64,000 bases of DNA from contig CAWKCK010000018.1 in assembly GCA_963848135.1 (NCBI GenBank), positions 510,938 to 574,937 of the forward strand, in the 5' to 3' direction. The stretch comes from an uncultured delta proteobacterium. GTDB lineage: Bacteria; Desulfobacterota; Desulfobacteria; Desulfobacterales; SG8-13. Positions 9,575 to 21,185 of this stretch are shown here, one piece after another (the first letter of the stretch is position 1; the number at the start of each line of letters is the position of its first letter). The translations under genes were made by a program, and so were the position numbers. The notes under the pieces were generated by a model. That model saw nothing but the letters and a program-made list of their open reading frames with translations, was not told the origin of the DNA and did not search any database.

Positions 9575-11596
9575 ATGAATGACGTTCTGAAAAATGGTCA
9601 ACTCGACATCCACACGCTCTGTGTCAACACCGTCCGCACGCTTTCAATCGATGCCATCCAAAAAGCCAATTCCGGCCATCCCGGTGCGCCCATGGGACTT
9701 GCTCCGGCTGTTTATGTTCTTTTCACACGTATCTTGAAACACAACCCCAAAAATCCGGACTGGCTTGACCGCGACCGTTTTATTCTCTCCGGCGGTCATG
9801 CATCAATGCTTCTATACAGCATTCTGTATCTGACCGGTTACGATCTAAACCTCGATGACCTGAAAACATTCCGCCAGATGGACAGCCGAACGCCCGGGCA
9901 TCCGGAGTTCGGCCATACGCCCGGTGTAGAAACGACCACCGGCCCGCTGGGCCAGGGTTTTGCGAATGCCGTAGGTATGGCAATGGCCGAACGGCACCTG
10001 GCGTCTGTCTACAACCGAAATGGGAAGGAAATAATCGACCATTACACTTACGTCATGTGTGGTGACGGGGATATGATGGAAGGCATATCCTCCGAGGCCG
10101 CCTCATTGGCCGGCCATTTAAGGCTGTCGAAGTTGACCTGTATTTATGACGACAATAAGATCTCCATTGAAGGCAGCACAGACATTGCTTTCACCGAAGA
10201 TGTCGCCCAACGGTTCGCGGCGTACAACTGGCACGTCCTCACCGTCAACGATGGCAACGACCTGACCGCCATAAATGAGGCCCTCCAAAAAGCGCAGGCG
10301 GAAACCGAGCGACCGTCTCTGATCATCCTGCGTACCGAAATCGCCTTTGGAAGCCCGAATAAACAGGGCTCGGCCGACGCACACGGTGCGCCTTTGGGCG
10401 TGGAAGAAGTCTGTCTGACTAAAGAATGTCTGGGATGCCCATCGGATGTCGAATTCTGCGTCCCCGATGAGGTCCTCGCGCAATGCCGTCAAGTTGTGCA
10501 AAAGGGTCAACAGCTCGAAGCCGAGTGGCAAAAAAAATTCAATGTCTACAAAGAGGCCCATCCCGACCTGGCCGAAAGTTGGGTAAATGCCGTCAGCGGC
10601 TTTCTGCCTGAAAGTTGGGACGCCGCTCTACCGAATTTCACTCCGGCGGATGGCCCCTTGGCCACCCGAGCAGCATCCGGCCGGATTCTGAATGCCCTTG
10701 CCGCCACACTGCCGACACTTGTCGGTGGCTCCGCCGATTTGGCACCGTCAAATAAGACTTTTATCGATGGCGTTCCTGAATTTCAACGAGATTCACGGGC
10801 AGGCCGAAACGTGCGCTTTGGCGTCCGCGAGCACGCCATGGGCGGGATCATGAACGGCATGTTTCTCCACAACGGGATACGGCCTTACGGCGGGACATTT
10901 CTGGTCTTTGCCGATTACATGCGTCCGGCGATTCGTTTGGCCTGCTTGATGAACCTCTCGGTGATCTATGTTTTCACGCACGATAGCGTCGCTGTCGGCG
11001 AAGATGGCCCCACCCACCAACCGATCGAGCATCTGGCTTCCTTGCGGATCATTCCACGCTTAACGATAATCCGGCCGGCCGATGCCACAGAAACAGCCGA
11101 AGCCTGGCGTCTGGCGGTTCGCACCACCGGACCGGTCGCCTTAATTTTAAGCCGTCAAAAGCTCCCCATCCTGGACCGGGCAGGCTATCCTCCGGCGTCG
11201 GAACTGAAGAATGGTGCCTATATTCTGTCCGATTCGGATGGTCGGCCAGATTTGATCCTGATCGCATCCGGCTCAGAAGTACACCTGGCGCTGTCGACGC
11301 AGCAACGACTGGCTGACGAAAACATCAAAGCCCGCGTTGTGAGCATGCCCAGTTGGGAACTGTTTGAAAAGATGCCGGCCAGTTACAGAAATAGGGTCTT
11401 GCCTCCGGATATCTCCCGACGCATCGCCATCGAAGCTGGCCACCCCTTCGGTTGGGAACGCTACGTGGGCTGCAAGGGCGCAGTTATCGGCATTCAGAGT
11501 TTCGGAACTTCGGCTCCAGGAGCAGCTGTGATGGAAAAACTCGGTATGACGACTGAAAACATATATCAGAAAGCCCTGCAGTTGATGGCCAGATAG
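9575..11596 (+). CDS. tkt: Transketolase
   Basis: [48 protein letters not shown]. Confidence 0.97.
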   Translation: MNDVLKNGQLDIHTLCVNTVRTLSIDAIQKANSGHPGAPMGLAPAVYVLFTRILKHNPKNPDWLDRDRFILSGGHASMLLYSILYLTGYDLNLDDLKTFRQMDSRTPGHPEFGHTPGVETTTGPLGQGFANAVGMAMAERHLASVYNRNGKEIIDHYTYVMCGDGDMMEGISSEAASLAGHLRLSKLTCIYDDNKISIEGSTDIAFTEDVAQRFAAYNWHVLTVNDGNDLTAINEALQKAQAETERPSLIILRTEIAFGSPNKQGSADAHGAPLGVEEVCLTKECLGCPSDVEFCVPDEVLAQCRQVVQKGQQLEAEWQKKFNVYKEAHPDLAESWVNAVSGFLPESWDAALPNFTPADGPLATRAASGRILNALAATLPTLVGGSADLAPSNKTFIDGVPEFQRDSRAGRNVRFGVREHAMGGIMNGMFLHNGIRPYGGTFLVFADYMRPAIRLACLMNLSVIYVFTHDSVAVGEDGPTHQPIEHLASLRIIPRLTIIRPADATETAEAWRLAVRTTGPVALILSRQKLPILDRAGYPPASELKNGAYILSDSDGRPDLILIASGSEVHLALSTQQRLADENIKARVVSMPSWELFEKMPASYRNRVLPPDISRRIAIEAGHPFGWERYVGCKGAVIGIQSFGTSAPGAAVMEKLGMTTENIYQKALQLMAR

Positions 11597-11755
11597 CATA
11601 TTCCGGTCGGCATGATTTCGTATTCAAAAAAAATCCAAACGGCGTCAGTAGCGATGAGCGTTCGTTTACAATTACAATTATTCTGTGCACTCACTTGTCA
11701 AACATGGAATTGACCGGGTGTTGGCAAACAAAAGTGACTCGATCGGAGGAATTCG

Positions 11756-12043
11756 ATGGATTTTAAGATAATGTGGATGACATTCGGCATGGTCTTTCTG
11801 GCTGAACTGGGAGACAAAACCCAACTGGCGACTTTCTGCTTGTCCGCCGATTGCGATCCCAAGTTTTCGGTTTTCATCGGTTCGGCCGCTGCCCTCGTTC
11901 TCAGCGCCTTGATTGCCGTTTTTCTTGGAGGAACGATCAGCAAGTATGTTCCCCAGCAATACATTAAATTCGGCGCCGGCATTTTTTTCCTGGTAGCAGG
12001 CATCTGGACACTGGTGTCGGCATTTCGCGTCACAACCACTTGA
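11756..12043 (+). CDS. TMEM165/GDT1 (UPF0016) family single-domain membrane protein
   Basis: ELGDKTQ motif, three TM segments. Confidence 0.85.
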   Translation: MDFKIMWMTFGMVFLAELGDKTQLATFCLSADCDPKFSVFIGSAAALVLSALIAVFLGGTISKYVPQQYIKFGAGIFFLVAGIWTLVSAFRVTTT

Positions 12044-12125
12044 GAGCCCCGACGATATAGGCATGTTTTCCCGCACCTTGCCGCTGCACAGCGCCGGCTA
12101 CACATTCCCCGTTATTAGGCATACC

Positions 12126-13256
12126 ATGGAAAAGATACGGAAATACTTTCTGACCGTCACGCTTGTCTTCCTGGCAGGCGTCACGCAAGCAAATGAAATC
12201 GAGCTTTCACCTGTTCAAGAAACCATACCCTCTTTGATCTCGAGCATCCGGGTCCAACCACCACTCGACTTTTGCGGTGAACCGGTACCTTTAGACAATC
12301 AGGAGGTGCGCGAACGATTGGAGAAGGAACTGCTTCTCACTCTGGCAGACCGGCCCCAGGTCATCCTTTGGCTCAAACGTTCTCCACGTTACTTGCCGTT
12401 CATCGAAAAAGAACTGGCCGCCAACGGTATGCCGGACGACCTGAAATACGTGGCTTTTGCAGAGAGTGCACTGCGACCACACGCCGGCTCTCCGGCAGGC
12501 GCCATTGGCTTCTGGCAGTTTATCAAGCCCACCGGCCTTAAATACGGACTGGCGGTCAACGCCGATCTCGACGAGCGCCGCAGCATTTACACATCGACCC
12601 GGGCGGCGATAACCTACTTCAAAGATCTTCATGATGAATTTAACTCCTGGAGTTTGGCTGCTGCTGGATACAACATGGGCGAGGAAGGGCTTAGATCTGA
12701 AATTCTGCTTCAGGAGGTCAATGATTATTACCGGTTATATCTGCCACTGGAAACCCAACGCTACCTGTTTCGCATCATATCCGCCAAGCTGATACTGACA
12801 AACCCTGAGAAATATGGGTTCCATTTGACCGAAACCGATCTCTACCTGCCGTTTGAATTCGATGAAATCTCGGTGCAGTGCTATCGCAGAACGCCGATCC
12901 GAGTCATCGCTCAAGGGGCGGGAACCGATTTTAAGCGGATAAAAGATTTAAATCCGGGTATCCGGGGGCATTACCTGGCACCCGGGAAACATAATATTCT
13001 CGTTCCGAAAGGCACCGGCGCCGAATTCCAGGCGCGTTATGAAGAGGCCCTCGCTGCTTGGCAAGAAAAACCCGATGACCACGTCTATATCGTCAAAACC
13101 GGTGACAATCTCTCAAGCATCGCCGATATGTTTCAGGTGCCGCTGCCGGCATTGCTGATCTGGAACAATCTCAATCCCCGATATCACATCCACCCCGGAG
13201 ACCGCCTGATTATCTACAAACGGGTTGAGGCCAGCCCAGAAACGGATCAGGAGTAA
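12126..13256 (+). CDS. MltD-like lytic transglycosylase with C-terminal LysM
   Basis: AES, AIGFWQF, AGYNMGE, PLETQRY; LysM YIVKTGDNLSSIA. Confidence 0.88.
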   Translation: MEKIRKYFLTVTLVFLAGVTQANEIELSPVQETIPSLISSIRVQPPLDFCGEPVPLDNQEVRERLEKELLLTLADRPQVILWLKRSPRYLPFIEKELAANGMPDDLKYVAFAESALRPHAGSPAGAIGFWQFIKPTGLKYGLAVNADLDERRSIYTSTRAAITYFKDLHDEFNSWSLAAAGYNMGEEGLRSEILLQEVNDYYRLYLPLETQRYLFRIISAKLILTNPEKYGFHLTETDLYLPFEFDEISVQCYRRTPIRVIAQGAGTDFKRIKDLNPGIRGHYLAPGKHNILVPKGTGAEFQARYEEALAAWQEKPDDHVYIVKTGDNLSSIADMFQVPLPALLIWNNLNPRYHIHPGDRLIIYKRVEASPETDQE

Positions 13257-13267
13257 TCCTGATCCGT
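13242..13267. terminator. Hairpin overlapping the stop codon
   Basis: ACGGATCAGGA-GTAA-TCCTGATCCGT perfect stem, no clear U-tract. Confidence 0.4.
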
Positions 13268-13414
13268 CATATTAATCAGATTCCTCAATCGTTAAATAAA
13301 TTAAGATGCAACGATGGTATGGACAATTCCGCTTCATCCAGCCAGTGTGCAATGCCATGACGGCAAAGTGTTGGTCAACAACCGGTTGAGGACTCGCTTT
13401 TTGGGACGCTCGGT

Positions 13415-13723
13415 TTAAGATTTAGCTGGAAGTGAGATCAAACGCTTTGCGGGATCGGGGTGCGGTTTAAAAAAAATGGCAACATGGCCGATCTGGCCGA
13501 CCAGATCGGATTGCGTCTGCTGTTCAAGAGATTCGACGATGGCCTTTTTCTGTTCTCTTTCTTTATGCTCAACAAATTTCACTTTGATCAGCTCATGTTT
13601 TTTCAGTGCTTCAACCGCACTGAAAACCACCGTGTCTGTAAGCCCGTTCTGTCCGATTATAACCACCGGTTTTAATCGATGTGCCAGCCCCTTGAGATAT
13701 TTTTTCTGATAGCCTTTCAACAT
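13415..13723 (-). CDS. yhbY: YhbY/CRM RNA-binding protein
   Basis: AHRLKPVVIIGQNG, HELIKVK, QIGHVAIFF. Confidence 0.9.
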   Translation of the reverse strand: MLKGYQKKYLKGLAHRLKPVVIIGQNGLTDTVVFSAVEALKKHELIKVKFVEHKEREQKKAIVESLEQQTQSDLVGQIGHVAIFFKPHPDPAKRLISLPAKS

Positions 13724-14378
13724 TTCTTGGTCACGTTCCAGCCCGTTTACAGCACAAGTCACATCAGCGCAGCCTTTTAAGGCACCAGAGGCATGCGGTA
13801 ATCAACGATCCCCTTGACGGATTATCGGATCCAGCAAATGTGCGAATGCGGCTCAATTAAAGAATATGTATAGAGAACAAACCATAAATCATGATTTGTA
13901 AGGTAAGATCTTCAAAAATTTCGTCAAGCGCGCTGAACTCTTGCCGTCTGTGCTGTAAAACCTTCTAATAAAGGTGCTTGTCTTGAGAATCGGTTCGATT
14001 TGTTGCGGGTGGAGTGGGTTTCACGCTCTGGCTATTGTGAAAAAAACCAAATATCGTGGTAATAGCGGCGCGGACGCTTTTGGTGTGTTACACTGGGTCG
14101 TTGCATTGGCTGAAGATTGTGTTCTCTCCCTGAAGGGCGTTATCAAAAAAAAACAGTCCGGATGGCGCCTTGTTATCTGCTGTTCTCGGCGTTGTCCAAA
14201 CTGTTTATGGGGTATGTAAAATAGGGCTTCCGGAATGCCGTTGTTCTCGAACGATGCACAGCTGGGGTTGCTTTGGATGCCCGTCAGGAAGATGCACGCA
14301 CACTCGAGAAGCCAAAATTATCTTTGTTTCAAAGAACGCTTATCTGTGACGCATTTTCCAAATTTCGTTATTACTATA

Positions 14379-14516
14379 TACAACAAGCATGCCAAGTAAT
14401 ACAAAGTTATAAATACATATTAATTACGAATAGTTAAAAAAAATCATGCTCTGAGATCCATAAATATTCACGCAAAAACTGACAAAATTCGGCAATGATT
14501 CTGCCACAATTCGTCA
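14379..14516 (-). promoter_or_regulatory. Sigma54-type promoter with upstream paired palindromic activator sites
   Basis: Minus strand TTGGCAT-GCTTG-TTGT at 14395-14380; TGACAAAATTCGGCA 14480-94 and TGCCACAATTCGTCA 14502-16; AT-rich spacer between. Confidence 0.5.
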
Positions 14517-15102
14517 AGTCCTTGAAAAATCTCAGCATCTGGCGCCCCAAAATCATGCCTCCATTCTCGAAATAAATTATAAAAATATTTTAACTTATTG
14601 TTATTAATACTTAATTATGCATTTTGCATTTATCACGGAAAAACCCGGTCAACAGACTGTTGATCCCGCAGAGCCAGTGTGGAATAAGGCCTGAAATTCT
14701 TGTTCGCCCTTACTAAAACGCCAAAATGCGCGTATCTATTACGGGAATCAGCACAATCCGGAATATAGAATTTTCTATTTATTTCAGATTCTTATAATGT
14801 ATTTAATTATCTCGAAGGTCGGCACTCGAATTCGCGAGGGATAGGGTGACAATTTTTGTCAATCGATGCAAAAAAAGGGCATAGGATTTCAGGTTCGACC
14901 TTTGGAAGGCTGATATCATAACAGTTTTTCTCAAGACTCAATTTGACATATTACCCGAACGCAGGAATTAATATAGATAGGTAATCAACAGCACGTTTTT
15001 TTGACAACCTCTATAAATGCTTTGGCTGTGGAGCGCGCATGTAATGCGGACGGGGATGAGTGCGGTACAGGAAAATAGGATTTGGTGGCGACGGATAATG
15101 GG

Positions 15103-15705
15103 TTATTTCTTTTTATTTTTATAAGACCAGTAACGGATGGGGCCGACATCTATATGCACAAAATTTGAAGATGGGTTGTATCCGACACCACCACCCTTTG
15201 TCTCGAGGGCTGCGGTTCGTAAGGCGGACAATCGACAGTCAGGCAGACGGATGTCCGCCGCTTTGCCGGTAAGGTGATAGCTGTTGCGGGCCACCTTTCG
15301 GCCTTTTCGGCGCAGAAGTTCGTTTGTTTTGCGGCATCGATAACCGGAAATGACATGAAGTGGATTTTTATAATCGAGTTTTCTTTTAATTGAATACATC
15401 ACATTTAGCAGATCCCTATCAATCGGCTTGACCTCATTTGTCCGATGGTCTCGCATGATATGACTGATTTCTGCCAGTGCATCGGGGATGTAATGGCCAT
15501 TGATCCAGTAAACCGTCGATACGGCCTCACGGGTCGTCGGATCGTAAAGCGACAGCGACCTTTCCTGGGCGCTAAAGTCCGGAATGGAAGCAAGGCCCCT
15601 GATCGGGACCAGAAAAGTGAATCCGGCACAAAGGGTTAGTTTGAGCAACCTTCTACGAACATGATCGATCGGCTGCATCCTTTGCACCACGTATTGATTG
15701 GTCAT
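15103..15705 (-). CDS. YcbK/DUF882 peptidase M15 family protein with Tat-like leader
   Basis: RRRLLK leader, VISGYRC, SYHLTGKAAD, HIDVG. Confidence 0.88.
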   Translation of the reverse strand: MTNQYVVQRMQPIDHVRRRLLKLTLCAGFTFLVPIRGLASIPDFSAQERSLSLYDPTTREAVSTVYWINGHYIPDALAEISHIMRDHRTNEVKPIDRDLLNVMYSIKRKLDYKNPLHVISGYRCRKTNELLRRKGRKVARNSYHLTGKAADIRLPDCRLSALRTAALETKGGGVGYNPSSNFVHIDVGPIRYWSYKNKKK

Positions 15706-16032
15706 TATTCCTTCCCCGCTTTATGTCAACTCTCGCTGATTGATGAATCAAGAAAACGAATTGATATTTGCATTGGCGCAGGATTAGCGGCCCAAGGCAC
15801 AGCGGCCTCACCGCTTTAGCTGCCGGCCGATCTCTATATGGCCGCGGGAATACGCCTTAAGACGCTTTGATACCCCTCTTGATAACCGCTTGTTAGCTGG
15901 TGGGATAAACAATTTGTTGTAAACTACAGGGAGGCCAGACATGTCAAGCAATAATTTACCCCCGTAATTGAATCCTACAGCCGGTTTTGTGCAGAGCGGT
16001 ATGATAAAACCTGTCACGCCAAAACATTATCG

Positions 16033-16710
16033 CTATTGAAAATGAAGGTGGCCGAAGCAACGCGGCAGATGGAAATTCAACTCATCAACCGGAGCCCAGG
16101 CCGCCCAGTGGGGATGGGAGGACTCATCAGCGCACTTATAGAAATTTGCCCTCCAGGTTTGCCCAGCAACTGGTAAAGTGAGGCCCACATATTTTTCAAA
16201 CAGGGTAAATGGGATGTAGAACTCGACAAACCATAGTGTTTCGTCTGTTATTTCCGGATCGATCGCCTCGGGTAAGGAATGGAAAATTTGTAACTGCCTT
16301 GCGTCTTCTGGGCTTAAAGGAGTAAATTCTTTAAATCCGGATTTGACGCGGGTGGAATCAACAATGTAAGCGGCCAACAGGGTTCCACCGCAATTAAACT
16401 CGAAATTGAAATACCCTCGATCTGATTTGGGTTGTACGAAAAATTCAACACAGCTGTCTTTATAAACTGTGTCCTGGAATCGGTGGCGGATACAACGGAT
16501 ATATCTGTCTCGAACCATGAACAATCCGTGCAGCCCGTCGGACGAGTAAAGTAATTTGACAGTGGTGCAAGGCCGATGGCTGCTGCTTTCAACCCGGAAA
16601 TTTGAGACCCTTAAAGTCGGCACTTTCTGCCAAGCGGCCCCATCCCAGCACCCCTGCATCTCAGGCTGATGGCGGGCCATAGAGATATCGTAGGCGTAGC
16701 TTTTCTTCAT
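16033..16710 (-). CDS. Carbohydrate-binding family 9-like (DOMON-like) protein
   Basis: VYKDSCVEFF, YFNFEFNCGG, WRANFYKC, FHLP. Confidence 0.75.
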   Translation of the reverse strand: MKKSYAYDISMARHQPEMQGCWDGAAWQKVPTLRVSNFRVESSSHRPCTTVKLLYSSDGLHGLFMVRDRYIRCIRHRFQDTVYKDSCVEFFVQPKSDRGYFNFEFNCGGTLLAAYIVDSTRVKSGFKEFTPLSPEDARQLQIFHSLPEAIDPEITDETLWFVEFYIPFTLFEKYVGLTLPVAGQTWRANFYKCADESSHPHWAAWAPVDELNFHLPRCFGHLHFQ

Positions 16711-17192
16711 TCGTCTATCTTGCAGGTGAAAGCGATGTGATCGCAGAGGGTTTTAAATTCCGCTCTCACGACGTACCCCTTGACGCTCTTTACAGCGGCC
16801 TCTTTGGTGAAAAATGATTTTTGGAAATCGTTGAATTGAATCCGAATGACGATGCCGTCATCGACGTTGAAAGGCATTAATTCTTGGGTGGCAAACCTTA
16901 TACCCGACCGCGAAAGATCTTTGATAATAATTTTGTATTGTTCGGGCTTCCCGGCTTTTCTCTCGAAAATCACTGTCCCATCGATATCAAGGTAATTTCT
17001 TTTATATCGACGTGTCTCCAGGACAACGCCGAACAAATTTCCACATTTACAATTATATACAAATTTGCGTATATTGGATTTGTTGAAAATCTTTGATATA
17101 TTGATTATTTTTTGGAAGCCGCAACGGGGGCATTCAATCAAGGCCCGGTTATCTTTGGTCAACGAAGCGACGGTCAGATTCGATTCCATCAT
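16707..17192 (-). CDS. Zn-ribbon plus PilZ domain protein
   Basis: CPRC/CKC followed by RRYKR...DLSRSG PilZ motifs. Confidence 0.75.
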   Translation of the reverse strand: MMESNLTVASLTKDNRALIECPRCGFQKIINISKIFNKSNIRKFVYNCKCGNLFGVVLETRRYKRNYLDIDGTVIFERKAGKPEQYKIIIKDLSRSGIRFATQELMPFNVDDGIVIRIQFNDFQKSFFTKEAAVKSVKGYVVRAEFKTLCDHIAFTCKIDE

Positions 17193-17356
17193 CTAATAAT
17201 ATTTGCAATATGTGCTGCGTTTCTGTTTACAATCATTAAACATCACCTAAAAGTATCCTTAGAATAATTATCGGGAATATCCAACGATAAAATTCCCGAT
17301 TAAAAAAATATTCATCATTCAAGCCATATTATACTTTTAAATGCAGAGATAAAATA

Positions 17357-18418
17357 ATGGCGAATTCAGTGATTACGGCGACCGGCAGTTATTTGCCGCC
17401 CGCAACCATACCCAACCAACATTTTCTCAGCAATGAGTTTTATGGGGCGGATGGCAATAAACTCACCCGCCCAAACCCCGAAATAATAAAAAAGCTTTTC
17501 GAAATCACCGGGATCAGAGAACGGCGATACGTAACCAAAGAACATTCGACCTCAGACATCGCCTATTTAGCGGCAGTCAATGCACTCGAAGGGCTTGACA
17601 GAGAAAGCCTCGACTACATCATCGTTGCGCAGAATTTTGGAGATGTTGACGCCAAAAATATCCGCGTCGACATGGTCCCAACCATCGCTGCCCGGGTGAA
17701 ACACAAACTGGAAATACAGAACCCTTACACCGTTGCTTTTGATCTGCCCTTCGGGTGTCCAGGATGGCTGCAGGCAATAATTACGGCAGATTATTTCATC
17801 AGATCCGGCGATGCGAAACGCATCCTCGTCATCGGAGCCGAAATCCTTTCAAGAGTTTCTGATCCCCATGATATCGACAGCATGATATACGGTGATGGCG
17901 CCGGAGCCGCATTGCTCGAAGCCATCGACCAAGAAGCGGGGATTCTATCGCATGTCACCCGATCGGACACACTTGATGAAGCCTATCTCCTCTGGGCCGG
18001 TAAATCGTACAATAGAAACCACCATGGCAATGAGCTGTTTATTAAAATGCACGGACATGAGATATACAAATATGCGGTGCGAAAGGTTCCCGAAGTCGTT
18101 AAGAAAAGCCTCGAAAAAGCCGGGTTTGATATCGACGATGTCAAAAAGGTGCTTATCCACCAGGCAAATGAGAAAATGGACGAGGCCATCATAAAACGGC
18201 TGTTCAAGCTGTACAACAAGTCGGAAATTCCATCTGATATCATGCCGATGATGATCTCATGGGCTGGAAACAGCTCGGTTGCCACGTTGCCGACATTGTT
18301 TGATCTGGTAAAGAGAGGTCAACTGGATAATCACCGGCTGAGCGCAGGAGATATTATCGTTTTCGCCTCGGTCGGAGCCGGAATGAATATAAACTCAATG
18401 GTCTACCGAATGCCATAA
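17357..18418 (+). CDS. fabH: 3-oxoacyl-ACP synthase III family
   Basis: TGIRERR, FGCPG catalytic Cys, GDGAGA, HQAN, GNSS, GAG. Confidence 0.88.
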   Translation: MANSVITATGSYLPPATIPNQHFLSNEFYGADGNKLTRPNPEIIKKLFEITGIRERRYVTKEHSTSDIAYLAAVNALEGLDRESLDYIIVAQNFGDVDAKNIRVDMVPTIAARVKHKLEIQNPYTVAFDLPFGCPGWLQAIITADYFIRSGDAKRILVIGAEILSRVSDPHDIDSMIYGDGAGAALLEAIDQEAGILSHVTRSDTLDEAYLLWAGKSYNRNHHGNELFIKMHGHEIYKYAVRKVPEVVKKSLEKAGFDIDDVKKVLIHQANEKMDEAIIKRLFKLYNKSEIPSDIMPMMISWAGNSSVATLPTLFDLVKRGQLDNHRLSAGDIIVFASVGAGMNINSMVYRMP

Positions 18419-18420
18419 AA

Positions 18421-18738
18421 ATGACAAACTCAATCAATACCCCAAGCTTGAAGAAACTACTGATCAGTCCTTTTGTTCCGATCCTTCTCGATGTCCGCAG
18501 AAAAGCCGATTATATGGTATCTCCGAAAAAGATCAGCAGCGCTGTTTGGCGGGATCCGGAATTGATAAATGACTGGAGTACGGAACTATCCGTCGGGCGA
18601 AAAATCGTCGCTTACTGCGCCAAGGGCTGGTCCGTAAGTCAATCGGTTGTTGAGCGCCTCGCCCGGGAAGGTCACGATGTCGCCTATCTCGAAGGCGGCA
18701 TCAAGGCCTGGGTGGATTCCGGAGAACCGGTCGAATAG
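18421..18738 (+). CDS. Rhodanese-like protein (ChrE-like)
   Basis: LLDVR, AYCAKG, YLEGGIKAW. Confidence 0.75.
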   Translation: MTNSINTPSLKKLLISPFVPILLDVRRKADYMVSPKKISSAVWRDPELINDWSTELSVGRKIVAYCAKGWSVSQSVVERLAREGHDVAYLEGGIKAWVDSGEPVE

Positions 18739-18796
18739 ATAACGGCGTCCCGCGTGGCAGATACGGCCCGTAATTATTTTCATGAAGTATAGCGGC

Positions 18797-18967
18797 TAAC
18801 AGGGTGTTGACAAACGTCATGAGCACCGGCAAGACAAGGCAAAATCCGACGAAAAAGCGGAGTTTATTTGTGATCAATGAGCATTTTCGCTGAAACGGGG
18901 GTAGGGCCCCGCGGTTCAGCCATTAACGCCATATTGTCAAGCGCAATATTTTTTCAACAGCCTGTTA
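18797..18967. mobile_element. MITE-like repeat, copy 2
   Basis: TAACAGGGTGTTGACAAA / TTTTTCAACAGCCTGTTA IRs; shares AGACAAGGCAAAATCCGACGAAAAA with copy 1. Confidence 0.75.
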
Positions 18968-20830
18968 ATGCCTTTGCACCTTCTTTCGTTCTTTTCTTAT
19001 CTTTGCCTCCTCGTTTGCGTATCGCCTGTCGATTGTCTCGGAATTCTTCGCCTTCAAGCAATCCAACGTGTCGGCAAGGCTATAGGCTAGATAGAATTTA
19101 TTGATATTGCTGACGTACCGCACGGTTTCCTGCCCGATCAATTTAAGCGCTCCGATCTCTCCGTGGAGGAACCACCGGTTGGGATCGTATCCCATTTCCG
19201 CCGCCAGAGCCCGCGCTCTTTGAATGTTGGCCGGTCCGGCATTATAGGCTGCGAGCGCATAGCGGAGGCGATCGATCGGTTCCATTCCAGAGTCATTAAA
19301 ATATGTGTCGCGGAGTAGTGCGAGGTATTTCGCCCCCGCTTGTATGTTATTCTCTATTTGGCGAAATTCGACAATGTTTATGCGTGGATCCATAGCCGTA
19401 GACGGCATAATCTGCATGATACCGACGGCCCCCTTTGGTGATCGACGATTATGCTCCAGTCGTGATTCCTGGTAGCCCAGTGCAGAGAGGAGCATCCAAT
19501 CGATGTTGTATTCGGCACCATACTTCTTAAACAGCGATGCATATCGAAAAGAATTATCTCTTGCGTTCGTATCGAGAGGATTAGAGATCCATTTTGTATC
19601 TTTGAAGTAACGATTGAAATAGATGTTTCCCAGGAGCGTTCCTTTTTTGTGATCCTTGACGAACTCGTCCAGACTGTCTTTTAGCAACGGATTAGTCTTG
19701 CGAACCATCCACGCCAGATTCGCTCCCTGGCGCAGTGGCAATTGATCATGTAGTTTCAAGTTCGGTAATATATCCGACCACAGTTCAGCCAAATGACTTT
19801 CAATGATACTCAGCTCGATGATCCCGGCGTTGAGCATCTCCAAGATATCTTCACTGGTCACATTATCGTCGGCCTTTATAATTCTGACCGGCGCCAATCC
19901 CAGAGAGTTCAATTGGCCATTCAATCGCCCAAGACTTTCATAGTAACTGCTGATCGGACGGACATATATTTGCTTGCCGGCAACATCTCGCAGGCTTCGA
20001 ATCGGATCGACGTCCCGGCTGCTCACAAGCACTTCACTGACGTCGGTAAGATAGGGATCAGAGAATTCGAAACCTGGATGCTTTCCATCCGTGACAACCA
20101 ATCCGGCAGCCACAATGTCTCCCAGCCCTTTCTCCAGGCTGGGCACGAGAAGTTCTTCCGGGACAGGAATAAACTCGACAACTGTTTTCAGGTCGTGCCG
20201 CGTATTGTGTCGGTTTATAAAACGCTCGTACTCTTTAAGCAGGCTGTACTCGAAACCATAAATCCGACCACTCGAGACAAAAAAGTTCGTCAGGGAAGTT
20301 GTTATCAAAACCCGAATCGTTTTTCGCTCCATTAATCCTGGCAAGTCATCGGTATATGTGTCGGAAAACCGGGCGAGATTGGAGAGCAATTCTTCAATGG
20401 CATCCCTATTATACGTCGATCTTAACCTGCAGTAAATTTCACTGACAGATAAAACGACCTCCTCGGGCATTCGCAAGGCATTTAACAGGACTTTTTGATC
20501 GACGGCGGTACCCGGTGTTTCGCTGGTCGGCAGTGCACTGTAGCTTGCGTCATTTACCCATACCCTCACCGGGTGCGAAGGTGTTGTTTCCTGACCAAAT
20601 GCCGTCCTGGTTGCCATCAACGACATGAGCACAAAAAAAAGGATACCTAATGATTTCTGAAAATTGATCGTTGTCCGTTCGAGAAACCGGGGGGATTTAA
20701 GACTATAAAACTTTGTCTGTTTGATGCGGCGGTGCCACTGGGCATCTATGACCATTATGGTACGAGGCTTTCGTATGACGATACAGGCGGTCATGTCCGG
20801 GCTCCAGCTATAGGATTGGACGCTGATCAT
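18965..20830 (-). CDS. mltF: MltF-like lytic transglycosylase (SBP + SLT domains); true start probably downstream of the ORF start
   Basis: YGFEY, YQESRL, GAVGIMQI, AAYNAGP, ETVRYV. Confidence 0.8.
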   Translation of the reverse strand: MISVQSYSWSPDMTACIVIRKPRTIMVIDAQWHRRIKQTKFYSLKSPRFLERTTINFQKSLGILFFVLMSLMATRTAFGQETTPSHPVRVWVNDASYSALPTSETPGTAVDQKVLLNALRMPEEVVLSVSEIYCRLRSTYNRDAIEELLSNLARFSDTYTDDLPGLMERKTIRVLITTSLTNFFVSSGRIYGFEYSLLKEYERFINRHNTRHDLKTVVEFIPVPEELLVPSLEKGLGDIVAAGLVVTDGKHPGFEFSDPYLTDVSEVLVSSRDVDPIRSLRDVAGKQIYVRPISSYYESLGRLNGQLNSLGLAPVRIIKADDNVTSEDILEMLNAGIIELSIIESHLAELWSDILPNLKLHDQLPLRQGANLAWMVRKTNPLLKDSLDEFVKDHKKGTLLGNIYFNRYFKDTKWISNPLDTNARDNSFRYASLFKKYGAEYNIDWMLLSALGYQESRLEHNRRSPKGAVGIMQIMPSTAMDPRINIVEFRQIENNIQAGAKYLALLRDTYFNDSGMEPIDRLRYALAAYNAGPANIQRARALAAEMGYDPNRWFLHGEIGALKLIGQETVRYVSNINKFYLAYSLADTLDCLKAKNSETIDRRYANEEAKIRKERKKVQRH

Positions 20831-21185
20831 TCAAGAAGGTGCGACATCCGTTTATGTGCCGGGTGGCAGATGAAGATGCGTTGCGGCCAGGATAAGATCG
20901 CGTGTCTGATTAGTATCTATTCAAAAGATCATAAGCAAGAAATTGTGCGGGGTCAAGCGGACAGCATAAGGTGGATTGTTTGAAAGAGGTCTGTCTCAAT
21001 TTTTCAGCACTCCAGGAGCCCTATACATCGCCGGAATCGCCGTTGCCGCCATATGGGCAGAATTTCTGGGGCCGTTTTTTTCTTAATAATCGATCGACGC
21101 CCCCTTGACAATATGTAACAGTTGATACATAGCTTGAATAACAGCTGAACAATAGTTCTTGCCGGAATCAAAAAGGAAAACCCAA

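Noticed and set aside
13974..14219. 81-aa ORF in the large intergenic gap
   Set aside because: No RBS or recognisable motif, and it lies opposite to the predicted promoter.
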